DNA of 63,894 nucleotides, filler included, from Chiloscyllium plagiosum (GCF_004010195.1; 4 parts of one record of this genome joined end to end with filler, not necessarily neighbours in it); one strand, 5' to 3'. Shown: positions 11,673 to 24,867, counted from the first letter of the whole stretch. The notes: a model not told the origin generated them from the letters alone. Made by a program: numbers and translations.

Positions 11673-11942
11673 GTCGGTCAGATTTGTATCTAAGTCGCCA
11701 TCATCATCTCTTCAATCCACTGATTACAATAAAGCATTCACACCCTTCTACACGTTCAATTTTAATTCGTTGTACAGTATAACGATCAGCGTTAGTTTTT
11801 CCGTGAGCAGATAGCTGGCGGGGCTCGGTTATTCGCCCGGATCCATTTCAGAGCAGAACCTGGAGCCGGACTGGATTAATCGTCGGATCCGGCGCGACCG
11901 TTAAACTGGCAGCGTTCGAGAGTTTGGACCGTGGGGACGGTG

Positions 11943-11973
11943 ATGGAGTTGTCACCGCTTATCAAGAAATTGG
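11943..11973 (+). CDS. RTTN: Rotatin coding exon 1 (MELSPLIKKL-G)
   Basis: ATG in good Kozak context; GT donor at 11974; resembles recalled human MVLAGLIRKLG; phase 1 joins exon 2. Confidence 0.88.
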
Positions 11974-13240
11974 GTAGAGAGCGGCCCGGAATGGGCCAGT
12001 ACTGATCTATGGCCTTGTCCTGATCGACATTAATGGGGATCATTTCTCACTCTGTCAGTCCTCCCTCTCTGTAATACTGTGTCGTGGATGGCGCTTTCGC
12101 CGTCTTAATACTACATCGTCCCCTGTAGAATACTTCTTGCTAATTTGTATGTGAAGTATCTCTTTCTTTGTGGCTGTCCCGATGGACTATCCCTCCGCCT
12201 CCAATGCACTTTTCTGTGAAACGCGAGATTTTTTTAAAACTCCCTTTCTGCCGCGCTCTGTGTGCGGCTTCCCTTTCACTATTATTGTCCCTGTGGAGTC
12301 TGTTTCTCTCTCTCTCTCTTGATTTATGCATTTGATTTCTGGAGGGGCTTGTCTCTTTGAGGTATCATGTTGTTCAATTTATGTGTGACATTGTATTGTC
12401 TTCTGTAGCAAACTGATAGAATAAACTTGAGCCATATGCCGTGTTTGTCAATGCACGTCTCAGCCCAGCCTTTATGCTCCAAATGTAATCACAGATAAGA
12501 ACATGAATTGTTTTGGTGTTACTTTCACTTTTTAAAGTAGTGCACTACTTTATGTCCTTTATATAAACGATTTGGATGTGAACATAGGAAGTTTAGTTAG
12601 TAAGTTTTGTTTCAGGAACCTTGGTTAATTTTGTGCAGTGCAACTTGAAGCAAACTGCTTGCTTCTATGTGTTGGTGTGGAGGGAAGTAAATGTTTATGG
12701 ATATGTGCCAATCAAGTAGTTTGACTTGACAATGTGTCATGCTTCTTGAGTGTTGTCAGAGCTGCACTCATCTAGCTGGGAGGGGGTGTATTACATCAAA
12801 TTCTTGACTCATATCTTACAGATGGTTTTTGGGAGTCAGGAATTAAGTTACTTGCTGCATAATTCCTAGCCTCGAACCTACTGTTAACAGAATCCCATTG
12901 CCTCGATGAGTGCAGCACCTTCTACTGTCAAGCTCACTACCATCCAGGCTAAAGCTCACTTGATTGGTATCACATCCACAAATATCCACTGCTGCTGCTG
13001 CTCAGAGGCAGGTGTAACATTTACAAGATGTAATGCAGGAATTTAACAAAGGTTCCTTGGACAGTACCTTCTAAACCCATAACTACGACCATCGGCAAGA
13101 ATAAGAGCAGCAGGTACCACTACCTTTGACTCCCTGTTTTCTGCCATTCTGACTTGGAAATCTGTTGCCATTTCTTTACAGTGGCTGTGTCACAGCAGTG
13201 TGGGTGAACCAAGTCAAATGAACTGCAAAATGCAAGGTTC

Positions 13241-13458
13241 AGCTCGCCACCACTTTCTCGAGGGCAATTTGGGGTGGTAAACACTTATTAGAGTTAGTCA
13301 CTGGGAATTCAAGTGTATTTTTAAAAAAAGTTATTAGTCTCTGTGGTGATTGTAACACCGAGACTAATAACTTTTTTTAAAAATACACTTGAATTCCCAG
13401 TGACTAACTCTAATAAGTGTTTACCACCCCAAATTGCCCTCGAGAAAGTAGTGAGCTT
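13241..13458. repeat. Near-perfect inverted repeat (hairpin) in RTTN intron 1
   Basis: 13252-13341 is the exact reverse complement of 13360-13449; 18-nt spacer. Confidence 0.92.
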
Positions 13459-13975
13459 GAGTAGTTTTGTGCCTGAAAATAACCATCACATGATTATATG
13501 CCAAGATCTTTGGTTTACTCTTGCTCTGAGGTGAAGTACGTCGCCTAACAATAGTGAAGAATGAGATAATCTGAATTTACAATTGCAGTTAATTGGTGGT
13601 TGAAGCCAGTTCTGATAATGTGGAAGCTCCATAAGTTTTGTAGAACCCAGTTTCCCATTTTATGTCTACTTATCATTTGATTCTGCACATTTTTTAATCA
13701 CATACATTTTGGTGTATCATTTGGCAAAGTGTCACTTTTGTTTGTTTATTTGTGGTTAGTTATGTGTTGTATTAGGATCTTTAATGTGATAGGGGTTTGG
13801 TTACTTGCAATAACTGAACAGATCCTTCATTATTTTATAGTGTATCAGTGTTCATGCCATGAAATGCAGCAAATGGAGGAAAGTTACATTGATCATGCTG
13901 CTACAGTATAAGGATGAAAATTTGAAGGAAATTGAAAATGTCAAGTGGACTCAACTTTTACTTTGCTTTTCGTAG

Positions 13976-14163
13976 GTCATCAGCTTGTGGAAATTAGAGT
14001 TCGAGCGTTGAAGAATATTTTGTGCAAAATTGATCATGGTTTGGTTTCTGTTGTTGATCTGGCTCAAGAAAAAAACCTTTTCATTCGACTTCTGGAATGG
14101 TTCAACTTTCCAACTGTTCCAATGCAAGAAGAAGTACTCTCACTATGTAATCATCTTGTAAAA
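13976..14163 (+). CDS. RTTN: Rotatin exon 2
   Basis: cgtag|GT CAT CAG...; [43 protein letters not shown]|gtgagt; RTTN N-terminal domain. Confidence 0.96.
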
Positions 14164-14544
14164 GTGAGTTATTTTCAGAGCGTCATCTTCTGCACATGAT
14201 ACTTTTGTGTATTAGGGGAATAATTTTAGTTTAATTTTGAAAAGTCGAATAACTATCATTCCCTTTTAGTTTGTTTTACATTTGCCAGTGATGTTTATAA
14301 CCAAAATAGTATTTATAAATAATGATACAAGTGAAAGAGTCCTGGCAATGCTGTACAGTGTCTAGCAACATATTGTGAAGTTCCTGAATTGCTGTTATAA
14401 TTAGGTTTCTGTTGAAGGTAAACTCTGATTGTGTTCCAAAATCTTTGCAAAGAATCTTCAGTATAAATGCATAGGGTGTTAGATAGCTGCATTAACAGGC
14501 ATTCCAGATCATGTGAAAACAAAATGTACAAATTAGGGGGGTGG

Positions 14545-14760
14545 CAGAGGCTCAAGTAGAACTCCCTTTTTTTACGCTTTGAATAGTGCCAAGGAATTAC
14601 ATAGTTCCACCAAATAGGGAAGGCTGTGCTTCAGTTTAATGTCTTGTCTACCAGTTTAGCAATCCCTTTGAATTGCATTGAAATGTCAACTCATGTGCTT
14701 GAGCCACTGATGAATGCTTGAATCTCTGACCCATGAAGATGGGAGTGCTCCTGCTGAAAG
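14545..14760 (-). mobile_element. Old DeuSINE-type (SacSINE/AmnSINE-like) fragment
   Basis: GAACTCCC..GAATAGTGCCA..GTTTAATGTC resembles the reverse complement of the Deu domain as recalled; similar to 29870-30170. Confidence 0.5.
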
Positions 14761-15223
14761 GCTTGCATCTAGTAGCAAAGATAGTGTGTATTTTGAGAGA
14801 CTGGAGCAATATAAGTCTTATACACAAAAACTACACAGGGTAAGAAAGATAAAGTACTTTAGGATCAGACAATAGAAAGCACCATCCTCCCTCCCTCCCA
14901 CTCCTAAGTTTAGGAATTTCTTTTCGGTCCATCTCTTGCCCCTGTCAGTGATGAACTGATGACGACTCTTGGATTAAAGGAAAAGGAATTTATTTTGAAA
15001 ACATTTATCTAGATGATTAGATAATACAAATATTTCAGTGAATCATTTTGGATACAGTCACTTACTGGTGGCAACCAAGAAGAGGATTTCCAGAAGAGTA
15101 TGGGGAAAATAACTTGATGGCCTAGATTTTTGCAGTCAGTGGCAAAACAAAGATATGAGCTATGGACCACAAAGAACTCTGTGGGATGGTTTTCCCCTCT
15201 TGTCAGAGAAAATCTGGTAGGTG

Positions 15224-15353
15224 GAAGTGAGGACTGCGGATGCTGGAGGTTAGAGTTAAGATTAGAGTGGTGCTAGAAAAGCACAGCAGGTCAGGCAGCA
15301 TCCAAGGAGTAGGAAAATTGATGTTTCGGGTAGGAGCCCTTCATCAGGAATGA
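15224..15353 (-). mobile_element. Penelope pLTR remnant with hammerhead motif (15316-15351)
   Basis: Reverse complement ATTC-CTGATGA-A-GGGC-tcct-ACCC-GAAA-CA-TC; family A tail. Confidence 0.75.
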
Positions 15354-15875
15354 GATAAAATCTGGTGCCAAGTTAAGGGAATCTTCACACACACAGCCAC
15401 AGTGATGTTCGCAAGCAGGTTAACAGCACATTGAAGTGTTCACGCAAACCAAACCAAAAAGTCCAATTCATTTAAAATTCTTCATTTTTAATGTACATTT
15501 TTAGATAGTGAAACTCATTATTGAATTTATTTAATATGTTTTTGATGTGATAGAAATATAATCCAATGGCATATAAAAGTATTAATGAAAACTCCAATCC
15601 CATTATAAACTCTCTGTTAGACAGATATACATACACCAACAATTAGGGGAAAATACATTGTTGGTGCAGGTGAAATAAAACTGTGAAGTCATTTCAGTGG
15701 TCTTTCCTTCCCTGTTCTGAAATTAAGATGATTATATTTAGCTAGCCAGACCCTTAGTGTTCTGTTATCTTCCTTTTATAACTAATCCCTTAACTGGACT
15801 TGCCACATAAATGCAGTAGCTACAAGGGCAGGTCAAAGGCTAGGAATACTGTGACGAGTAACTCACCACCTGACT

Positions 15876-17279
15876 CCCTTGCTGAGATATCTATATCATC
15901 GATAGTCACAGGTGAGGTGCTGGAAAACTGGAGGTTGGCTAATGTGGTGCCACTATTTAAGAGAGGTAGTAAGGAAGAGCCAGGGAACTACAGATCGGTG
16001 AGCCTGACATCGGAGGTGGGTGGGTTGTTGCATGGAATCTTGAGGGACAGAATTTACATGTATTTGAGTAGGCAAGGACAAATTCACGATAGTTAACATG
16101 GCATTGTGCGTAGGAAATCATGTCTCATGAGCTTAATTGAATTTTGTGAAGAAGTAACGAAGAGGATTGATGAGGGCAGAATGGTGGACGCGATCCATAT
16201 GGACTTCAGGAAGGCATTCAATAACGTTCCTCATGGTAGACTGGTCAGCAAGGTTAGATCACATGGAATACGGGAGAACTAACCATTTTGATACAGAACT
16301 GGCTTGAAGGTAAAACACAGGGTGGTGGGAAAGAGTTGCTTTTCAGAATAGAGGTCTGTTACCAGTGGTATGCCATAAGGGTCGGTGCTGGGTCCACTGC
16401 TTTTTGTCATGTAAATGATTTGGATGTGAACATAGGAGGTATAATTAGTAAGTTTGCAGATGACACCAAACTTGGAGATGTAGTGGACAGTGAAGGAGGT
16501 TGCCTCAGGTGCAATGGGATCTTGATCAGATGGGCCAATGGGATGAGGAGTGGCAGATGGAGTTTAATTGAGATAAATGTGAAGTGTTGCATTTGAAAGG
16601 CAAATTAGGACAGAACTTCTACACAGATCCTTGAGAGTGGTTTCAGCAGGTAGATAGGATAGTAAAGAAGGCATTTAGTATGCTTTCCTTTATTGGTCAG
16701 AGCATTGAGTATAGGAATTGGGAGGTCATGTGGCTATACAGGACATTGGTTACACCACAACTCTGATCTCCTTCCTATTGGAGGAGTGTTGTGAAAAATG
16801 AAAGGATTCAGAAAAGATTTACAAGGATGTTGCCAGTGTTAGGGGGTTTGAGCCAAAGGGAGTGGCTGAATAGGCTGTTTTCCCTGGAGTATTTGAGGCT
16901 GAGGGGTGACATTTTAGACGTTTATAAAATCATGAGGGGCATGGATAGGGTAAATAGACAGGGTGTTTTCCTGGGTTGTGGGAGTCCAGAACAGACGACA
17001 TAGGTTTAGGGAGAGAGGGGAAAGATTTAAAAAGGACCCAAGGGGCAATGTTTTCATGCAGAGGGGTATGCGTGTTTGGAATGAGCTGCAGACAAAGTGG
17101 TGGAGAGTGGTACAACTATAAAATTTAAATGGCATCAGGATGTGTATATGAATAGAGAGTTTGGGAGGATATGGGCTAAGTGCTGGCAAATGGGCCTAGA
17201 TTATGTTAGGATATTTGGTCAACGTGGACGAGCTGTACTGAAGGTTCTGTTTCCATGCTGTACATCTCTTACTCTATGA
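15876..17279 (+). mobile_element. CR1 LINE RT/3' fragment
   Basis: WRLANVVPLFK..PGNYRSVSLTS, ISKFADDTKL, tail ACTCTATGAC. Confidence 0.92.
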
Positions 17280-17730
17280 CCATCCAGTACAAAGCAGCCC
17301 ACTTGATTGGCATTGCATTCGCAAGTATCCATTCCTCCACCACCAATGCTCAGTAGTAGCAGTGTGTACTATCTACAAGATGCACTGCAGGCATTCATCA
17401 AAGATCCACAGACAGTGCCTTCCAAACCCACAACCCCTTCCATCTAGAAGGGCAAGGGCAGTAGATATATGGGAATGCCACCATTTTCAAGTTCCCCTCC
17501 AAGCCACTCACCATCTTGACTTGGAAATGTATTGCTTTTACTTCAGTGCTGCTGTGTCAAAATCCTGGAATTCCTTCCCTATTAGCATGTGGGTCAACCC
17601 ACAGCAGGTGGACTGCAGTGGTTCAAGAAGGCAGCTCACCACTACCTTCTCAAGGGCAACTAGGGATGGGCAATAAATACGGACCAGCTAGCAACACCCA
17701 CATTCCACAAAAATGAATAAATAAAAAAAA
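17280..17730 (+). mobile_element. 3' tail of a second LINE family (CR1/L2-like)
   Basis: Related sequence at ~12895-13270 and ~52540-52985; ends ...GGGCAATAAAT..CCCACATTCC..ATGAATAAA. Confidence 0.7.
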
Positions 17731-17948
17731 ATTCTGCCACAGTGGCTTTCGATCTCAGGTGCCCAGAGCATAACCAGCATCTCTCCCTACCATTACTACC
17801 AATAATAAATTTCTTAAATGGGTTGTATTGCTTATTTTTTTCATTATAGAACTTTGGAACATTCTTTTAATATCAAGTTAGCCTGCAGTTATAAAATGAT
17901 GAAGAATACTGCAAAGTAAATCCAGTATATGTTTTTAATCATTTAAAG

Positions 17949-18144
17949 CACTCTTCAGTTGCCCAATTATTTCGAGAAATTGGAGCTTTGGAATTTCTAG
18001 CACAATTGCGATCCAATGTGGAGCCAAAGTTACAAGCATGCATCGATGAGATTATGGATGATCTGTTCAGACTGCCAGATACGATTGTTGATGTGCCACC
18101 TATTGCCTATCAGTCACAACCTCTGAAATCCTCTGATGATAAAG
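17949..18144 (+). CDS. RTTN: Rotatin exon 3
   Basis: ttaaag|HSSVAQLFREIGALEFLAQLRSNVEPKLQACIDEIMDDLFRLP...DK-G|gtaac; phase 0 to 1. Confidence 0.93.
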
Positions 18145-19004
18145 GTAACCTGAACAATTGCAGTGTTAACCTATGTGCTGTCATATTGGGATAATGCAAT
18201 CTATTGTTTTGTCATAATGCTCGCTTTTAAAATGGTAAATAGGTGAGAAGCATTTCTTTCTTACTGTGATGTGTATGCACTACTCACGTAAGGCTTCCTT
18301 GCTCTAACACTTGTGATCTTTTCATGGAAACTTCATCAGTCTCTGAAAAAAATACGTAGAAGGTAAAGAAGGACTTTGAAAGGGGTTTAAATTAATATCC
18401 TTTGGGTACAAAAAATTAAAAAGATTGTAACATAAAAGTAAACCTTGGTAACTGTTGAGAAATGTAATTAAACCAAGACATACAGTGTGAAAACTGCTGC
18501 AGTAACTGGTAGGAATTGGAAGCTAGATTCCTTACTGAGTTCAATTTCTCTGAGAGCTTGTTTCCTGTTGGAATCATGGACTTCCACTTTGAAAAGAATG
18601 TTGTATCTGCAAAACAAGATTTTTCCAAATTCAGGTTGGCTTTTGTATACTTTGTTGAGTTCAGTGGCTCAGTCACTCCTAACTTGACCTGGAGTTCTTC
18701 ACTTTCTACAGTATACTTGTCGATCTTCATTGCCTGACACTTTTATGCCACAAAAATCTAAGACTAACGTACCAACAGATTACCACTTGCAACAATTATG
18801 TACCTGGATCTAGGTTTAGTCTTTAATTTGCTTTGTCTTCTATATCAAATAATGACCTGCAAGCATGCATAATTTACATGTCCATAGTAATTTAGACAAA
18901 TTCTATTTTTTAAAGTAGACATCTACCAAAAAGGAGGAAATAAAAGTTAAATGTTTTCACAGTGTAAACACTCAAGTATCCCTACTAAATCTCTCTAAAC
19001 AATG

Positions 19005-19335
19005 GGAAGATGATGGGCTCATGGTATTATTGCTCGACTATTAATCCAGAAGTTTAGTTAAAACTCTTGGGACCTGGTTGAATTTTGAATTCAGTTTAAA
19101 AAAAAATCTAGAAATAAGAATGTACTGATGACCATGAAACTATTGTAAATCATCAGAAAAACCCATCTGAAACTATTGTAAATCATCAGAAAAACCCATC
19201 TGATTCACTAATGTCCTTTAGGGAAGGAAACTGCCAACCTTGCCTAGTATGGCCTACATGTAATTTCAGACCCAAAGCAATGTGGTTGACTCTCAATTAC
19301 CCTTAGAAATGGCCTAGCAAGCCACTCTGTTATAC
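19005..19335 (+). mobile_element. SINE-like element with internal 33-bp tandem duplication (19135-19200)
   Basis: Related minus-strand copy at ~46550-46890; TGAAACTATTGTAAATCATCAGAAAAACCCATC occurs twice. Confidence 0.6.
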
Positions 19336-19339
19336 CATT

Positions 19340-20240
19340 AGGTTGGGGCTGCTTTACTGACCCTTTAGAGGTTTATAAAATCATGAGAGGCATGGATAGG
19401 ATAAATGGACACTGTCTTTTCCCTGGGATGGGGGAGTCCAGAACTAGATGGCATAGATTTAGAGTGAGAGGGGAAAAAATGCTGGAACCTATTCTTTGTC
19501 TTTGTATTATCTCAGTTTCCCTGGACAGTGAACATCTAAATTTAATTGGTTGAACACTTACTTCTGGTGGGGGAAGAATGTCAAAAAGGAATTCCATTGC
19601 ATGCTAACAGGGTAGTGAAGGAGGTGTTTGGTACGCTTTCCTTGTTTGGTCAGTGTATTGAGTATAGGTGTTGGATGGTCATGTTGTTACTCTACAGGAC
19701 GTTGGTTAGGCCACTTTTGGAATACTGCGTTCAGTTCTGGAAGGATGTTGTGAAACTTGAAAGGGTTCAGAAAAGGTTTACAAGTGTGTTGCCTGGATAG
19801 GAGAGTTTGAGCTGTAGGAAGGGGCCACATAGGCTGGGGCTATTTTCCCTAGAACATTGGAGGCTGAGGCTTATAAAGGTTTAAAAATCATGAGGGGCAT
19901 GGATAGGACGAATGATCAGTGTCTTTTCCCTAGGGTAGGGAAGACCAAAGCTAGAGGGCATAGGTTTAAGGTGAGGGGGACAAGAGTTTAAATGGGACCT
20001 AAGGGGCAACTTTTTCTTGCAGAAGGTGGTGCGTGTATGGAATGAACTGCCAGAGGAAGTGGTGGAGGCTGGTACAATTACAACATTTAAAAGGCATCTG
20101 GATGGATATGTGATTAAGAAGGGATTAGAGGGATATGGGCTAAATGCTGGCAAATGAGACTAGATAAATTTTACGATATCTGTTTAGCATGGACAAGTTG
20201 GACCGAAGTATCTCTTTGCATCCTGTACATCTTTATGACG
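19340..20240 (+). mobile_element. CR1 LINE 3' fragments
   Basis: LYRTLVRPLLEYCVQFW..LERVQKRFT peptide and typical tail. Confidence 0.85.
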
Positions 20241-20897
20241 ATCTAAGGATACATGCTTGATGAGGTTTAACACTGCCAGTAAATGGGCAACTGGAGCTTG
20301 GATAGCTCACCTTAACATCTTTTAATTTGAATGTATTCACCATAATCTACCACTGGAAGTGACATAAAGATCTTACTTGGAGCACTTCAGGGGTATATGA
20401 ATATTAGAGGCTCATTGTTAGTAAATAGGACCTATTCTGTTTTTAATGTAAGTTTTTATGGAATAAAAATGTGCCCATTTTTAATAAACATAATATATAT
20501 ATATATAGCAATTGCAAGCAGAGGCACATTATGTTGGGTTATGTCCACACTGGTGACAATATAAATTATAAATTTTACTGCTGCAGGATTGGCATTTAGA
20601 ATTACAGTGATCAATTGCAAAGAAAATGGAGGAAAAAAAGAATCCATTATGTCAAAATTGTTTGGTGACTCAAACTTGATTCAGAAAATGAAAATATGCC
20701 TTTTTTCCCACAATTGTTAGTTTGTCCCTGTCAAATTATCTCCTCTGGAAAAGTTTTCAGTGTTCATTTTGTGGCTTTGTAGAACAATATAAAATTGTGG
20801 TTTGAAATGTTAAAGTGATGTCCAGTGTAGTACCTATCTATGATATCTAGGTTGTACAAATATTTTAAAAATAAAACTTTTAAAAACATTTCTATAG

Positions 20898-20999
20898 CTA
20901 TACCACCTGTAACATTCGAAGAAGAAATGGTCGGTTACTTTCAGAAAAGCAGCTACAGTCAAATAAATGAAAGCAGAAGTTTGCCTCAGAAAGCAATTG
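20898..20999 (+). CDS. RTTN: Rotatin exon 4
   Basis: ttctatag|(A)IPPVTFEEEMVGYFQKSSYSQINESRSLPQKAI|gtgagt; 102 nt, phase 1 to 1; GYF motif as in recalled human EILTGYFPQ. Confidence 0.82.
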
Positions 21000-22252
21000 G
21001 TGAGTTATCCTGAACTTTAGCCTTGACTTTTGGATATGATTCCTCTTAAAGGGAAATCTGAACGTTGTCATCTGCTTTTACCTTTGATAAAATCTGTAAA
21101 GTTCTACTGTTTTGTTAAAAATCAGAAAGTGCAAGGAAATGGCTCAAAAAGTCAAAGTCTGCTCACGATTGTGCATAAAGTGACTGTTATTGATCATTAC
21201 TAAATTAAATCTTTTTACGTCAAAATAATAGCAGAGGTTCATTGCACAAATAGAGCCCCATTTCAAGTTGTTTTATTGATATTTGTCAGTCATATGATAT
21301 ATACCCGTTCTGTTTTGTGTGAGCTAATTCCCTGAGCAGGTTGATAATTCTTTTTTACTGTATTTTTAATATCTGTCCCATAGATGTAAGCAAAGAAGTA
21401 ACACCTGTCCATTGAGTAGAGCACAGAATTTTTGCACTGTCTTAAGAGAAGTTTTTAAGAAAATTCTTTCAGATTAAATATTATCAGGAGCCCCCTTTCA
21501 TGTATTGGTGTAATGTGCTTTCAGAAAAAAAGTGCATATGACATCTTTCGATAACCGAAAAGATAACTGCACCTTAGGTGGAAGGGAAAGGAACCAAAAT
21601 ATTGTCAAGAGGGTCTTGTTGCTGAAGTGTTTTGATTTGCATTCATCAGGACAAAAACAAGAGTGTTGACTTTCAAACAATCATTGGTCATGCATGTTCG
21701 CTAGAAATAACATAGTAGAGACCTATTCTCTGAGGCAAAGGAATATGTTCAAGTCTTATGCCTGTTGTGAGTTATGTTTCAAAAGAGTTAGGGAGCTCAC
21801 AGTTACCTGTTCCTTTTTCCATGGCAATGTCTTGGCCAGTCAGTGTCAACTTGCCGACCAATCAGTAATATTTTCTCTTATTTTATAAATTATTGCAATT
21901 GTTTGAAATTTAGTATACTTGTATTTGTTTGGCAACACATCTGTTATTAGCTCAAGAAATAAGATTCTTTCAGTTTCTCTTTTTTATTGTCTTACAATCT
22001 ACGTGTAACATAGTAATGCAGTTGACAACTCTGAGATGGAAATTGCAGTTCTGAGGTCTGAAACAAACAATGTGGAAATAGGAAAACAATGATTTACTGT
22101 TTTATGAGTTATTATTGGAGTGGGATCTTTGTCTCTTCAATACCGTACAATGCATTGAATGTGTCATTGACATTAATTATAAATTAAAACATATAGTTAT
22201 TTTGTAATTGATTTTGCACTCCAGTTTCAAGGGTTTTGTTTTTTACCATTAG

Positions 22253-22343
22253 TTAATGATACAGTGAAATGCCTGAAGTATTCCACCTTTCCTTGGTTGA
22301 CACTGACTATGACAGACAGACATGTTCTTTCATCAACTGCAAG
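22253..22343 (+). CDS. RTTN: Rotatin exon 5
   Basis: cattag|[30 protein letters not shown]|gtatg; phase 1 to 2. Confidence 0.95.
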
Positions 22344-23354
22344 GTATGTTATAGTAAGTTGGATTGTATGAATGACACTGGAAAAATAAATTATCTTAGT
22401 CTCAACTTAGTTAAAAAGCTGTTTTGCAATCCTGGTTTAAAAAAATGGATATTGCTCATTTATATTTGTTTTAGTGTAATAGTACTTGAACCATTAAAAT
22501 GTTGCACATCAAACAAATTACTCTGGGATGTTAAAGTCAATGGGTCTGGTATCTAGTAGCCATGTATATGATTCATGGCTTTGTGATTCCACTCATATAG
22601 GAAACCTTTAAGTGCATTGGTGATCCAGAGTGGTCTGATTGAAATAACACTTTTTTTTAAAAAAAAGCTTTGTATTACCCTCACATTAAAAACAAAAATT
22701 CAGAATTGTGAATGAAATGGAAACTCATGTTTTGTAGACATTTTGGAAAATACCTTTTGAAAGAAGTGCTGTATTCCATTAAGGTGCATAATTTAGGTTA
22801 AATGTAAGGGTATTCCTAATGATCTCACCTTTTATGGACCACTATTATCTGCTAGTTATTTGTTGTGATGAGCTCTGTGGTATTGTTGTTCCTAGCTGGC
22901 TTGAATGTGTGCATAGGTTCCACTGAAACCTGTGACATTTTTAAAAAGGCATTCCATGAGATTGCATGTTATACTGTGAGAAATTATCTGAGCAGCATCG
23001 TTTTAATACACTATATTTCAGCATCAAGCTTGCACGATGAACAAATGGCTTGGACACTATTTAGATGTTTGCTGATAAAGCCAATCTTTTAGCACATTGA
23101 TATGCAGGAATCTGAACATGAATATTGACCAGTAAAGATAGGCTTGAGGTAGACATAAAAGGTCCTATGACAGCCCTCTTGGTCCTGAAAAGTGCGTAGG
23201 TTATCTTAGATTTAGGTATTTTAAAAGTTTGATCAACAATTGAAGCTAGCTGTTTCACACTGCTATATGCAACAAACATAAAACAAAAAGTTATTGTGAA
23301 GCCAAATAAGTGTCCTGGTACATAAATGTTTGGTGTGATTTATCTGGTCTGCAA

Positions 23355-23880
23355 TTCCAGCCATTGCACTAGAAAGGATGTGATTGCACTAGATAGGGTG
23401 TAGAGGAGATTCACCAGAGATGTTGTTTGGTTGGAGCGTTTCAGCTATGCAGATAAACTATATAAGCTGAGGATTGTTTTCAATAGAATAGAGAAGGCTG
23501 AATGGGGTTGGGAGGTGGGGGTAGGAATCGGATTGAGTTGCTCAAAATTACATGGGCCATAGATAGTATGGATAGGAAGAAATTTCCCTCTTAGCAGAGG
23601 GATGAGTAACCAAGGGCATTGTTTAAAGGTAAAGGGCAGATGATCAGGATGGATTTAAGGAACAGTTTTTCACCCAGAGAATGATTGCTGTCTGTGCCTC
23701 GTGAAAGGTGATGGAGGTAGGAACCATTGGAACATTTAATAGATATTTAGATAATCGTTTGAACTGCCATGGCATACAAAGCTATGGGCCAAGTGCTGAA
23801 AAATAGGACTAGAATGGATAGGTGCTTGATGTCTGATTCAGACATGATGGACTCTTTATACACTCTAAAACTCTGACTCA
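23355..23880 (+). mobile_element. Degraded CR1 3' fragment
   Basis: AAGGATGTGATTGCACT..GGAGATTCACCAG..TTTTCACCCAGAG motifs. Confidence 0.7.
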
Positions 23881-24656
23881 GTGAATGTCAATACTGCTGT
23901 GATGCCAGATATGTAGGCCATTCATCCCAAAGATTGATAGATCTTATCAAACAGCGTGTCCCATCAGTTGTTTGCAAGAAACCAGGAACTGACCATTTCC
24001 TAACTCACCTACACTTTGAAAATTCGCAACACTGTACCTAACATTGGATGTTAGTCTGCAGTTGGATAATATTTGCTGGGTAATACTGAATGTACATAAT
24101 TTAGTGTTGTCAGTTGGGCTCTCAGTGTGATGCATGTGTGCACTGAATGCACATATATTAATACACAGACTTTTGCTCTTTGACGATAGAAAGACTATGT
24201 GTACACACTGTACCTATTTGGACTCAATAAAGTTGGTTTGTTGACTCATTGATCAGGGTATGATCCTGAGAAATCAGAGTCAACCTCCCTGATTTAAAAT
24301 TTAAATACAATCTGGTAGTCAACTATCAGCCTTCATTTTCATGAAGAACACATCAGCTAATATTTCTATGAATTAGAGTATACTTGCTAACCAGTTGGTT
24401 CTTTCCCATCATGCAGCATAAATGTTAGTTTTTTTTCCTTTGAGTTTGTGTTCTTGTGAATTGTCCTAATCGCTGCAAGGTGAAATCTTCAACAAAATGT
24501 GCCTTCCAAGTTCCAGCAGTATTAAAAAAATTGATTTCAGCTTTCACAAGACAGTGTTCGAGTGTATGTGTTTCATGGGCCTTCTGCCCAAATTCAGAAT
24601 GTTGTGAGGAAAACTGAAGAGTTAGTAGTTTTTAAACACTGCTTATTTTTGAATAG

Positions 24657-24771
24657 CTCTTTGAAAAGCAGTAATCACACCTTGGTTCGCAATACGTGTG
24701 AACTTCTGCAAGATGTTATAATGCAGGATTTTCCTGCTGAGATCTTCCTTCAGCGTCCAAAGATCGTCCAG
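24657..24771 (+). CDS. RTTN: Rotatin exon 6
   Basis: gaatag|[38 protein letters not shown]|gtaag; phase 2 to 0. Confidence 0.97.
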
Positions 24772-24867
24772 GTAAGAGACATTTTCATATATTAAATGTT
24801 AATTTGTATATTTCTGTTAAAAATCACACAACACCAGGTTATAATCCAACAGGTTTAATTGGAAGCA

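Larger units (their letters stand above)
11460..11942 (+). promoter_or_regulatory. RTTN: CpG-island promoter and 5'UTR of RTTN
   Basis: Locally CpG-rich in a CpG-poor background; GC boxes (GCCCCGCCC ~11486 and ~11506, CCCGCCC ~11469 and ~11528); directly upstream of the RTTN ATG. Confidence 0.85.
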
